Source: an uncultured Candidatus Rokubacteria bacterium | Lineage (GTDB): Bacteria > Methylomirabilota > Methylomirabilia > Rokubacteriales > CSP1-6 | Length of the DNA: 64,000 bases | Assembly: GCA_963789955.1 (NCBI GenBank) | Contig: CAWBMV010000022.1 | Location: forward strand, 288,001-352,000 | Reading direction: 5' to 3' | Shown: positions 40,681-48,903 of the stretch, in pieces | Layout of the letters: the number at the start of each line of letters is the position of its first letter | Position numbering within the stretch: position 1 is the first letter of the stretch | The notes under the pieces: model-generated | Database searches by the model: none | What the model saw: the letters and a program-made list of their open reading frames with translations, nothing else | What the model was told of the DNA's origin: nothing | Made by a program: the position numbers and the translations under genes

Positions 40681-42101
40681 TGCACTTCCTCCTTCACGAT
40701 CCTTCTGGTAACGGCCAGCGGCGCGCTCACGCGGCGCTGCCATCCAACGAGCGCCAGGACGGCGCCGACCGCGAGCAACAGCCCGGCGACGGCGAGAGCG
40801 GCCAGCCAGCCCGGCATCCAGACGGTCAGCGCGAACACCGCCGAGACCAGGAGCATGTTGACGGCGAATACCGCCACGACGCCGGCGGTGATGAGCAGCG
40901 CCACCATGCTGAGCTCGGCTTTGATGTCGGCCCTGATCTCGGCCCGGGCGAGCTCGACCTCCTTGGTGACCAGCAGCGAGACCGTCTCGATCAGGCGCGT
41001 CAGGAGCTGGCGCGTCGAGAGCGACTGGGTCTCGGGATCGATGGGAGTGTGGAACGTCGTTGATGCCATCACATTCTCCTTCGGCAAGATCACCTCGAGA
41101 ATCTGTCGGTGGCCGCCCAGCGCACGGCCGAGCTGCAGCACCTGCCGATAGATCACCTGCCAGTCGTCGAACGACAGTGGTCGCCGCGCCATCTCGATCG
41201 CGATCTCGTCGAGGCGGACCAGGAGCGGCGACGCGTTCTCGTGCGCGGACGGATTGAGTCGATAGCCCGACCACACTCGCTGGACCTGCCGCTCGATCTC
41301 CTGCGCGTCGGACGACACGGTCTGGAACATGTCGGGGTGCCCGGTGAGGGCCTCGACCGCGAGCGCGTGAGCCTGCGCCGCGACGCCGCTCGGTCCTCGG
41401 AGCAGCAGTGCGTTCGGGTATAGCACAGCTTCGAGCGCGCCGCTTCGGAAGTAGGCCGACTGGTCGGCGACGTAGCCGGTGAACGCGCCCTGTCCGAGAC
41501 GCTGCAGGATCATCGACGGCATCGCGGCCCACCATGGAGGCTCAACCGCCACCATCTTGATGCCGTGGCGATCGAGGGTGTCGAGTACGACCTTGGCCGC
41601 AACCGGGTACGACTCAACGGTCGTCACCAGCGGGACGTACGTGTCGTGGCGTCCGCGCAGCATCGACACGACGCGGAGGGTCGGCACCGTGACCAGCATG
41701 ATCAGGAACGCGACAGAGAGCCCCGCGGTGATCGGCAATCCACGGAGAATGCTCTTGGCGATGCCCTCGCGACGTCCCGACGGAGCATGTACGCCGACCG
41801 TCAGGCCGACCGCGATCGGGACGAGCGCGGCGACGGCGAGCCAGATCTTGCGGACCAGGCCGGGCGGGACCGAGCTCGACAGCGGTACGAAGGCGAAGAC
41901 CCAGAGGGCGGCCTTCGGCGCCACGACGCCGAGCAGCAGGACCGGCCAGGCCGCGGCGGCGGCCATCATGCCCCACAGGAAGAGCTTGCGGTTGCCGGTC
42001 ACGCGGCCGAACAGGCTCACCACCGCCCAGTCGAGCAGCGCCGAGAGGATCCGCCCGACGGTTTGCGTGATGAGACTGACGATCGCCTGGATCAGCGCCA
42101 T
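40656..42101 (-). CDS. Membrane protein fused to C-terminal YqjE/phage-holin-3_6-family domain
   Basis: N-terminal TM region of unknown family; C-terminal STRQLLTRLIETVSLLVTKEVELARAE + 2 TM + PL..TR...KEEVQWAKE; internal AAGGAG RBS before ATG 41069. Confidence 0.75.
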   Translation of the reverse strand: MALIQAIVSLITQTVGRILSALLDWAVVSLFGRVTGNRKLFLWGMMAAAAAWPVLLLGVVAPKAALWVFAFVPLSSSVPPGLVRKIWLAVAALVPIAVGLTVGVHAPSGRREGIAKSILRGLPITAGLSVAFLIMLVTVPTLRVVSMLRGRHDTYVPLVTTVESYPVAAKVVLDTLDRHGIKMVAVEPPWWAAMPSMILQRLGQGAFTGYVADQSAYFRSGALEAVLYPNALLLRGPSGVAAQAHALAVEALTGHPDMFQTVSSDAQEIERQVQRVWSGYRLNPSAHENASPLLVRLDEIAIEMARRPLSFDDWQVIYRQVLQLGRALGGHRQILEVILPKENVMASTTFHTPIDPETQSLSTRQLLTRLIETVSLLVTKEVELARAEIRADIKAELSMVALLITAGVVAVFAVNMLLVSAVFALTVWMPGWLAALAVAGLLLAVGAVLALVGWQRRVSAPLAVTRRIVKEEVQWAKERLA

Positions 42102-42110
42102 CCACGTTGC

Positions 42111-42713
42111 TCATCGGACTCGACGCCGGCGCGAGCCGCCGGCCGTGCGCCGGCGGGTCTGCAGGGTCTTCAGCTCCGGGAGAATCTCGTGCTCGTAGAA
42201 CTCGAAGAAGCCCTTCTGGTCCCGGCCGACCTGATGGATGCAGATGTGGTCGTAGCCCGCGGCGGCGTACTTGCGGATGGCGGCCAGATGCTTGGCGGGA
42301 TCCGGACCGCACGTGACCGACTCCGCGACCTCGTCCTCGCTGACGAGCTTGGCGACCGCCTCGAAGTGCGTCGGGAGCGGCAGCTCCCAGGACAGACTGC
42401 TTTCCATACCCGACGTCGGCCACTGCTCGCGGGCGGTGCGGCGCGCCGTCGCTTCGTCCTTGGCCCAGCACACGGTGAGCTCGGCGTACCGAGGCTTGCC
42501 GGAACCGCCCGCCTTGTCGAAGGCGGCGAGGAGCGCGCGCTCGGGCTCCGTGCCGATCATGCCGTCGCCGAGGCGTGCGGCCTGCTCCGCGCCGCGCTTG
42601 CCGCCGACCGCCACCAAGAGCGGCGGCAGGGAATCGGGCAAGGTGTCGTGACGAACCAGATCGGCGGGGGACTGCTCCTCACTCGAGAGCTTGTAGCCGA
42701 GTGACACTGTCAT
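42111..42713 (-). pseudogene. LLM/F420-dependent G6PDH-like oxidoreductase with large in-frame internal deletion
   Basis: MTVSLGYKLSSEEQSPADLVRH jumps directly to DTLPDSLPPLLVAVGG..AARLGDG; the usual GF...SDH...W segment is missing. Confidence 0.7.
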
Positions 42714-42723
42714 GAAGCCTCCC

Positions 42724-44541
42724 TCACTGGTCGCCGCGAGATACCCGCGCCGCGGCGTACCACTGGAAACCGATTTGTCGTCCGCCGCGAGCGCCCGCTC
42801 CGGCCTCGGCGTCAAGCGGAGTAGATCGCTCCGCGCCTGGCCCAGGCTGGTCACCACGTCGTCGGCGCCGGCCGCGCAGAGATCGGCGCGAAGCTGGGCC
42901 GAGCTGCTGCGGCCCCCAGCACCCGACGATGATCGTGGTCTCGGGACAGACGGCGCGCAGGCGCTTCACGAGATGGCGGGCGCGGCCGCTCTCTTCCAGC
43001 GAGCTCACGAAGATCGACGCGGGATTCATCGCCACGACCGCCGCGATCGTTTCCGAGATGAGCGCGCCGGCCGGCGCGATCTGCACCGCGTAGCCGTCCG
43101 CTTCGAGGAGCCGGTTCAGGGTCGTGAGCACCACGCAGTCGGCTTCGTCGCGAACCGGGCAGCCGGCGACGATCACCCGCTCGGGGGCCTCCTGGGTCGA
43201 GGTGTCTCGCACAGGCGGCGGCCCGTCGGTGATGGCGCGGTCGAGCACTGCGCGCGTCGTCTCGATCACGTGCGTGTACTCGGCGTCCGGTAGTTGCCCC
43301 ACCTCGTGGTCGTGACGGGCGCGGGCGAGCGCGGGGACCAGGATCCGGTCATAGGCGGCGAGGTCCGAGCCGGTCTTCGCCGCCTCGTGCACGAGCTCGG
43401 CCGCTTCCTGGTCGTCACCGGCCAGGACGCGCTGATAGAAGATGACGTGCTGGTCGAGACCGGGATCGTCTTCGACGAGGATTCCGATGAACTCGAGACC
43501 TTTGACCGTGTGCGAGAACACGACCAGCCACACGGTGAGCGGGATCGCGAGAGCCAGTCCGATCGGTCCCCAGAGCCACGACCAGAACGCGACCGAGATC
43601 AGGAGGGCGATCGACGCGACGCCCGCGCTCTTCGCGAAGAACAAGGGCTCGAGGACGAACGCGATGATGCTCTCCGAGACGGCGAAGAGCCCGACGATCA
43701 GCAGCGGCTTCACCCAGCCGTCGAAGACCGCCAGGCTCACCAGAATCGGTAGCCCGGCGGCCACCCACGCGCCCACGTATGGAATGAAGCGCAGCAATGC
43801 GGCCAGGGCGCCCCACGTCAGCGCGAACGGAAGCTCCAGCGTGAAGAGGCCGATCGCGATCGTGACGCCGAAGCTCGCGTTGAGCGCCGTCTGGGTGAGC
43901 AGATAGCGGCTGATGCGCTCTCCCGCCTCGTCGAGGGCGCGGGTGGTCTCGGCCAGCCGGTCGGAGCCGAAGAGCCGGACGATCCGCGCGCGCAGCTCGC
44001 GCTGTTGGATGAGCATGAAGGCCATCAGCACGAAGACGAAGACGGCGCCGCCGACCGGCTCGAGGATCTTCGCAATCTGCCAGAGCGAATTGGGCGAGGA
44101 CACGATCACCGGCAGCGGCTTCGTGGCCTGTGGATTCGTTCGCTCGATCTGCGCCATCACGTCGTGCGCCGTTTCCTCCACTTTCCGGAGCGCGCTGCCC
44201 CGGCCCATCCGCTGGACGTCGTTGATCTTGCGCGCGATGGTGGCCCGGTATTGCGGCAGGTCATCGGCCAGCACGGTGACCTGGCTGAAGAGCGCCCAGC
44301 CGAGCCCGACGGCCAGGAGGACCGTCAAGGCGAGGACGACGACGACGGCCGGAACCCGATGCAGTCCGGTTCGACGCAGGAGCGCGACCAACGGGCTCAA
44401 GAGGAATGTCAACAGAATGGCCAGCGCGATCGGAATGAACACGACGCGCGCCCAGTACAGACAGGCGATGGCGACGATCACGGCGCCGAGAACGACGAGG
44501 CGCGATGTCCGGGATGCGTCGACCGGCTTGAAGGGGCTCAC
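42724..44541 (-). CDS. AI-2E family transporter with C-terminal soluble domain, frameshift near 3' end
   Basis: IPIALAILLTFLLSP, ISRYLLTQ, LRFIPYVG, FWSWLWGPIGLALAIPLTV, FYQRVLAGD. Confidence 0.88.
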   Translation of the reverse strand: MSPFKPVDASRTSRLVVLGAVIVAIACLYWARVVFIPIALAILLTFLLSPLVALLRRTGLHRVPAVVVVLALTVLLAVGLGWALFSQVTVLADDLPQYRATIARKINDVQRMGRGSALRKVEETAHDVMAQIERTNPQATKPLPVIVSSPNSLWQIAKILEPVGGAVFVFVLMAFMLIQQRELRARIVRLFGSDRLAETTRALDEAGERISRYLLTQTALNASFGVTIAIGLFTLELPFALTWGALAALLRFIPYVGAWVAAGLPILVSLAVFDGWVKPLLIVGLFAVSESIIAFVLEPLFFAKSAGVASIALLISVAFWSWLWGPIGLALAIPLTVWLVVFSHTVKGLEFIGILVEDDPGLDQHVIFYQRVLAGDDQEAAELVHEAAKTGSDLAAYDRILVPALARARHDHEVGQLPDAEYTHVIETTRAVLDRAITDGPPPVRDTSTQEAPERVIVAGCPVRDEADCVVLTTLNRLLEADGYAVQIAPAGALISETIAAVVAMNPASIFVSSLEESGRARHLVKRLRAVCPETTIIVGCWGPQQLGPASRRSLRGRRRRRGDQPGPGAERSTPLDAEAGAGARGGRQIGFQWYAAARVSRGDQ

Positions 44542-44563
44542 TCGCGACCGGGCCGCGGGTCCG

Positions 44564-44908
44564 TCACTGCACGCGAACCGCGAGGTTGTTCACGACGCCG
44601 GCGACATGCTTCACGCTGCGGGCGATCTGCTCCGCGCGGGTGCGCATCTCGGCGTCCTCGACCGTGCCCGTGAGATAGACGGTGCGCCGGTCGGTATCGA
44701 CGCCGATCTTCGTCAGAGTGGACATCTTCTCCGCCGCGAGCTTGGCCTTGACCTCACTGGTGATCGTGGCGTCGTCGACGTTTTCACCCGCGGTCTTGCC
44801 GGTCGTCGACGTACAGGCCGTGAGGACGACCGCGAGGAGGGCCACGAGCGTCATCGTGATCGTTGGCGTGAAGACATTCGTTGGCGTGAAGACATTGAGT
44901 CGGCGCAT
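44564..44908 (-). CDS. BON (OsmY-like) domain lipoprotein
   Basis: LTAC lipobox, VDDATITSEVKAKL, IGVDTDRRTVYLTGTV, V..VAGVVNNL. Confidence 0.9.
   Translation of the reverse strand: MRRLNVFTPTNVFTPTITMTLVALLAVVLTACTSTTGKTAGENVDDATITSEVKAKLAAEKMSTLTKIGVDTDRRTVYLTGTVEDAEMRTRAEQIARSVKHVAGVVNNLAVRVQ
44861..44896. repeat. 18-bp perfect tandem duplication in BON signal peptide (NVFTPT x2)
   Basis: CGTTGGCGTGAAGACATT repeated twice. Confidence 0.85.
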
Positions 44909-44971
44909 CTCTTCCGTTCTCCTTGGTCCGTGAATGCACGGGCCAGCGACAGCCCGATGACAGGTGAAGGG

Positions 44972-44986
44972 GCAATCCGTGTGCCA
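44972..44986 (-). promoter_or_regulatory. sigma54 promoter of the BON/AI-2E/holin/PBP operon
   Basis: TGGCAC-ACGGA-TTGC, exact GG-N10-GC spacing, 63 bp upstream of ATG 44908. Confidence 0.8.
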
Positions 44987-45080
44987 GCACTGACACACGC
45001 TCGAAGTGGCGTCACCACGCGGAAACAATGCGAAAACGATGAAGGCTCGGTTGGGGAGTCTCGAACGGACCGCCGAGGCG

Positions 45081-45105
45081 CGCAAACCTACCAGGTAATT
45101 CTTAC
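45081..45105. promoter_or_regulatory. Tandem GTAA-N3-TTAC enhancer-like site
   Basis: CGCAAACCTAC-CAG-GTAATTCTTAC. Confidence 0.6.
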
Positions 45106-45170
45106 GAGGCGGGGGCCGGGCGACCGCGGCGGCTTCCGGGAGCTGCCGCCGCGTGGTCGCCGGCACGAGA

Positions 45171-45341
45171 TCAGCGACCCTTCGCGTGGCCCTTGGCTTT
45201 GTGCTGCTTCATCACGGTGCGCGCCGCGACTTCCTTGGCGCGCCGGCCGTAGCGGCCGGACTTCTGGGCGGACTCCTTGATGTGCTCGTACTGGCGCCGC
45301 TCCTTCGAGCCGACGCCCTGCAAACGTCTCCCTCGCGGCAT
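45171..45341 (-). CDS. Small basic ChaB-like stress protein (56 aa, not in ORF track)
   Basis: GAGGAGG RBS; MPRGRRLQGVGSKERRQYEHIKESAQKSGRYGRRAKEVAARTVMKQHKAKGHAKGR*. Confidence 0.75.
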   Translation of the reverse strand: MPRGRRLQGVGSKERRQYEHIKESAQKSGRYGRRAKEVAARTVMKQHKAKGHAKGR

Positions 45342-45380
45342 GTGCCCTCCTCTCGATGAAGCTGGATTGAAGCCGGTTGA

Positions 45381-45611
45381 TCAGTGCGTCGACGACTGGC
45401 GGATCGCGTCCTGCCCCGACTTGGACGCGGCGTTGACCTGGTCCTTCGTCGCGTCCAGCGCGTCCTCCGCCTTCTTGCCGACCGTGCGAATCATGTTGAC
45501 CGCGCTTCGGCGAACGCCCTTGGTCCGGCTTTCAGCGTATTCGCGGATCTCCTCGCCCCAGTACCAGACGGCGAAACCGCCGACGAGCGCTCCGAAAATG
45601 AATCGAAACAT
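45381..45611 (-). CDS. YtxH-like general stress protein
   Basis: AAAGGAGG RBS; N-terminal FIFGALVGGFAVWYW anchor followed by hydrophilic helical tail. Confidence 0.7.
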   Translation of the reverse strand: MFRFIFGALVGGFAVWYWGEEIREYAESRTKGVRRSAVNMIRTVGKKAEDALDATKDQVNAASKSGQDAIRQSSTH

Positions 45612-45671
45612 CGCCGTCCTCCTTTCGTGGTGTGAGGCCTCGTCGACCGAGGCGCCACGTCTGTGCGACCA

Positions 45672-45686
45672 GCAAGAGAAGTGCCA
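45672..45686 (-). promoter_or_regulatory. sigma54 promoter of the YtxH-like gene
   Basis: TGGCAC-TTCTC-TTGC, 60 bp upstream of ATG 45611. Confidence 0.8.
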
Positions 45687-45759
45687 CGGGTGACGCGTAT
45701 CGACGAGACGGAAATCCTGGGCGTGAACGGGCCTGCCTGAGCGCGCCCGGCCGCGAGCG

Positions 45760-45784
45760 TCGATTCTTACTCGGTAACTCTTAC
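45760..45784. promoter_or_regulatory. Tandem GTAA-N3-TTAC enhancer-like site
   Basis: TCGATTCTTAC-TCG-GTAACTCTTAC. Confidence 0.65.
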
Positions 45785-45792
45785 CGTCCCGG

Positions 45793-47433
45793 TCATTTCT
45801 CCGCGTGCGGTTCCCCGCGGGCGGCGCGCGCCGCTTCGAGGTCGAACCCGGGCAGGATCGCCTTGAAGAAGGCGTTCTGAACCAGCCGAACGATCGCGGC
45901 CACGGTACCGACCTTGGGGTTGTCGATCCGGCCGAGCACCTCGGCCTTGGTGGCGACCTCCTCGCGCGGGCGATTCTTGAGGAGCTTCGCGACGCCGCCC
46001 ACGAGGCGCTCGTACATCTTGCGCGCCATCGTCTTGGACTGGTCCTGCCTCTTGTCGTAGACCTTCAGATCCTTGAACAAGCGGCTTGAGGTAGCCGGTG
46101 ATGACCCCGTCCTTCGCGTCGAGCTCGGAATAGAGAAAGAAGCGCCCCGCGGAGGTGTCGAAGCGGCCGTAGGCGCGGAAGAGGTCGTTCAAGGTGGTGA
46201 CGTCGACCTCCTCGACGCGCACCCCGATGCCGAAGCTCGGGCCGGCCCTGTCGGTTCTGAAGGTCGCGTCCGCCGTCGCGGCTCCGGAGCCCATGAAGGC
46301 GCCCTTGAGCTTGGCGACGGCGGTACCCTCGCTCTGCTGATTGCTGAGATTCGTCAACGTGCCGTCGGTGTCGGCGAGGAAGACGCGGTAGGACGGCGAC
46401 ACCGCTTTGTTGACGAAGCCGACCGTGCTGCGCGTGAGCCTGAGCTCGCCGATCTGCACGAGGAGGTCCGGCGCGTTGCTCGCCTGCTTGGCGGCGTCGG
46501 CGGCCTTGCCGCGCACCGCCTTCTCCGCGCCCGCGGTCGGCGCTGTGTGCACGTAGTCCACGTGGATCCCGTCGATCGCGGCGCGCGTCAGCCGTACCGT
46601 CTTGGTCTCCTGGGCGTATTCGACGTGTCCGTTCGCGGAGAGCACGCCTTTGTCCACCCAAAGGTTGTAGCGGTTCGTGATCGGCTTGAAGTAGTCGAGC
46701 TGAATGTCCGCGATGTCGATGTCGCCGCGAAACGTCGGATTCGGCTCCGCCAAGAAGTTGACCTGGCCGTCGGCTGACACGCGACCGGATTCGAACACAA
46801 CCGCCGAGAACCGCACGTCAGACGGGTAGGGACGCTTCACCGGGCGGTTGCGGATGTTGGTGGCGATCAGCTCGAGATCGCGAATGCGCAGCGGCTTGAA
46901 GGGGCCCTCGTCGACGTACGTCACGTCGCCCGCCGCGAATCTCGAAGTGGTTGATCCTGAGCGGGTAGATCGCCTGCAGCGCGTCTTGCCAGCCGCGCTC
47001 CTTCACCGGGGTCGGATCGGCGATCTCCTTGCGCGCCTGCGGCAGGTTCAGATAGACGGTCGGCTTGATCAGCTCCACGTCCCCGACGAGCTTTCCCGAG
47101 AGCAGCGCCCGCCAGTGGACGCTCGCGCTCAGACGCTCGATCCGCATGATCGCCGGGTCTGGGTGGGCGTCCTGGGTGACCACGACCTCGTAGAGATCGA
47201 GCGCGAACCCGAGCGGATGGAAATCGAGCTGGCCGATCCGTGCGGTGTACCCCTTGAGCGAGTGGTTCATCTTCGCTTCGGTGTACCGGCGCAGCGGCTC
47301 GTCGATCAGAGACGCGATCGTGTAGGCGAGGACCAGCAGGATCGCGATCGGGCACCCCGATTGCGATCCAGTGCCGGCGCGCGCCTCGAAGTCCGGCGCT
47401 CGTGATCGTCGAGAGCCTCGATTCCCTGTACAT
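45793..47433 (-). CDS. DUF748 (AsmA-like) envelope protein, three frameshifts
   Basis: N-terminal TM, LIDEPLRRYTEAKMN.SLKGY, WQDALQAIYPLRIN, LNDLFRAYGRFD, GYLKPL/FKDLKVYD, LVQNAFFKAILPGF. Confidence 0.8.
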
Positions 47434-47459
47434 GGCTTCCTGCCTCGCCGAGCAATTGA

Positions 47460-47474
47460 GCAAGAGATGTGCCC
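47460..47474 (-). promoter_or_regulatory. sigma54 promoter of the DUF748 gene
   Basis: GGGCAC-ATCTC-TTGC, 26 bp upstream of ATG 47433. Confidence 0.72.
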
Positions 47475-47518
47475 GGCGCGAGCCATGGAAAAAGCGCGAG
47501 GCGAGAAGAACCGGTCCG

Positions 47519-47529
47519 GTAGAAATTAC
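47519..47529. promoter_or_regulatory. Single GTAA-N3-TTAC-like site between divergent sigma54 promoters
   Basis: GTAGAAATTAC (reverse strand CAG-GTAATTTCTAC, compare CAG-GTAATTCTTAC at 45092). Confidence 0.5.
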
Positions 47530-47631
47530 CTGCCCCGCCGTCGAGCCTGACCTCGAGCACACGGCGCCAAGATTTCGCAACTCCGTGTCGCGTCGCAAGT
47601 TTGTCACCGCGCCGGCGGTCTCGACGCGCCT

Positions 47632-47646
47632 CGGCACGCGCTTTGC
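47632..47646 (+). promoter_or_regulatory. sigma54 promoter upstream of small ORF and DUF3185 gene
   Basis: CGGCAC-GCGCT-TTGC. Confidence 0.72.
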
Positions 47647-47727
47647 CTGAGCACAAGACCGTGTGTATGGTCCGGCCCTCGCGAAGCACCGCACGCGAGA
47701 TGATTCGGCCGGAGGAGAGGCCCCACG

Positions 47728-47808
47728 GTGAAGGGCGGCGAGCAGAAGGACCGGATAGAGGACCGCGAGGACGCGAATCGTCACTGGCGTCAGCAGTCGC
47801 GTCACTGA
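47728..47808 (+). CDS. Putative 26-aa hydrophilic small protein
   Basis: GGAGGAGAGG RBS then GTG: MKGGEQKDRIEDREDANRHWRQQSRH*; lies just downstream of a sigma54 promoter. Confidence 0.4.
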   Translation: MKGGEQKDRIEDREDANRHWRQQSRH

Positions 47809-47969
47809 GTTTCTCCCAACCAGCCGGAAAAACACAGCGTCCGGACGTCGCGACTCCGGGCGCATTGCATAGCGAGCTGGAGACCCCGACCCATGGCCGG
47901 GGTCTCCAGCTCGACGTTCGAAACCACCGTTCCAGCGAGACCAGCAAGGGGGGTGGAGACGTGCAAGCG

Positions 47970-48179
47970 ATGAAGATTCTCGCGATCGTCCTGATCATCG
48001 TCGGTGTGGTCGCGCTCGCCTACGAGGGGATTACCTACACGAAACGCGAAAAGGTGCTCGAGGTCGGACCCATCACGGCCACCAAGGAAACCAAGCAGAC
48101 CATTCCGCTGCCGCCGGTTCTCGGTGGGGCGGCGCTCGTCTGTGGCGTTGTCTTACTGATCGCCGCGGCGCGCCCGTAG
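47970..48179 (+). CDS. DUF3185-like small two-TM membrane protein
   Basis: MKILAIVLIIVGVVALAYEGITYTKREKVLEVGPI...TIPLPPVLGGAALVCGVVLL. Confidence 0.78.
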   Translation: MKILAIVLIIVGVVALAYEGITYTKREKVLEVGPITATKETKQTIPLPPVLGGAALVCGVVLLIAAARP

Positions 48180-48190
48180 GGCGCGAAGCG

Positions 48191-48234
48191 ACCCGTCGAG
48201 AGCCGGCGGGACACCCGTCGAGAGCCGGCGGGAC
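48191..48234. repeat. 22-bp perfect tandem duplication
   Basis: ACCCGTCGAGAGCCGGCGGGAC twice with no spacer. Confidence 0.85.
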
Positions 48235-48265
48235 AAACGGCGGCGCGCGGCGCGCGCCGCCGTTT
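48235..48265. terminator. Bidirectional intrinsic terminator between convergent genes
   Basis: AAACGGCGGCGCGC-GGC-GCGCGCCGCCGTTT, 14-bp perfect stem. Confidence 0.7.
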
Positions 48266-48287
48266 CTCATCCGCGTCCAGTCGAGGC

Positions 48288-48767
48288 TCAGGCGATCCGA
48301 CGTTGCGAGCTGGACCTGGTCTGGCGGGACGATTCCTTCGGCGGGTTCACGCCCATGCCGTGCACGAACACCAGCTCACCGCCGAACCAACCCGCCACAC
48401 CGAGCGCCGCCAGGCCGACAATCGACAAGCCGACCGGCAGAACGCCGATCGTGTCGATCCATCTCAGCCAGAAGCTCAGGCCGAAGATCGTGAGGGCGAT
48501 GAGATTGGCGACCATGTGGGTGACTCCGACCTGCCGCGCGCGCGCGTCCGTGATCGACAGGAAGTCGATGAACCCGGGAATCGCCGCGAGTAGCGCGCCG
48601 ACGATTCCGCCCCCGAGGGTGTAGAAGGCGACGTCCTTCCAGATCGCCCTGCCCCATCCGAGCTGAAAGATGAGGTCCGCGACGACGGAGAACACCCACA
48701 GACCGATGGGAAGGGCGACGAGCATGGGATGTACCGGATGCCGGCCAACACTGGCTGGGGTCGACAT
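48288..48767 (-). CDS. DUF2231 membrane protein
   Basis: HPVHPMLVALPIGL, LAAIPGFIDF, GVTHMVAN, GWFGGELVFVHGMGV; AAAGGAG RBS. Confidence 0.88.
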   Translation of the reverse strand: MSTPASVGRHPVHPMLVALPIGLWVFSVVADLIFQLGWGRAIWKDVAFYTLGGGIVGALLAAIPGFIDFLSITDARARQVGVTHMVANLIALTIFGLSFWLRWIDTIGVLPVGLSIVGLAALGVAGWFGGELVFVHGMGVNPPKESSRQTRSSSQRRIA

Positions 48768-48807
48768 GGAGGACTCCTTTCTCGAACGAGCTTGACCACC
48801 GCGAGTT

Positions 48808-48822
48808 GCAAAGCCGTTGCCG
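48808..48822 (-). promoter_or_regulatory. sigma54 promoter of the DUF2231 gene
   Basis: CGGCAA-CGGCT-TTGCA, 40 bp upstream of ATG 48767. Confidence 0.65.
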
Positions 48823-48864
48823 AGTGGGATTGCCGGGAATAACCGACTGAAAACCTCGCGCCGA

Positions 48865-48889
48865 GTCGTTTTTACCGGGTAAGAACGGG
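48865..48889. promoter_or_regulatory. Tandem GTAA-N3-TTAC enhancer-like site
   Basis: GTCGTTTTTAC-CGG-GTAAGAACGGG. Confidence 0.55.
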
Positions 48890-48903
48890 GGGACTCGCAC
48901 CGG

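Noticed and set aside
40656..41069. Holin-family domain as evidence of a prophage
   Set aside because: YqjE-like family is a normal chromosomal stress protein; no phage genes nearby
48191..48234. 22-bp direct repeat as a mini CRISPR array
   Set aside because: Only two adjacent copies, no spacer, no cas genes
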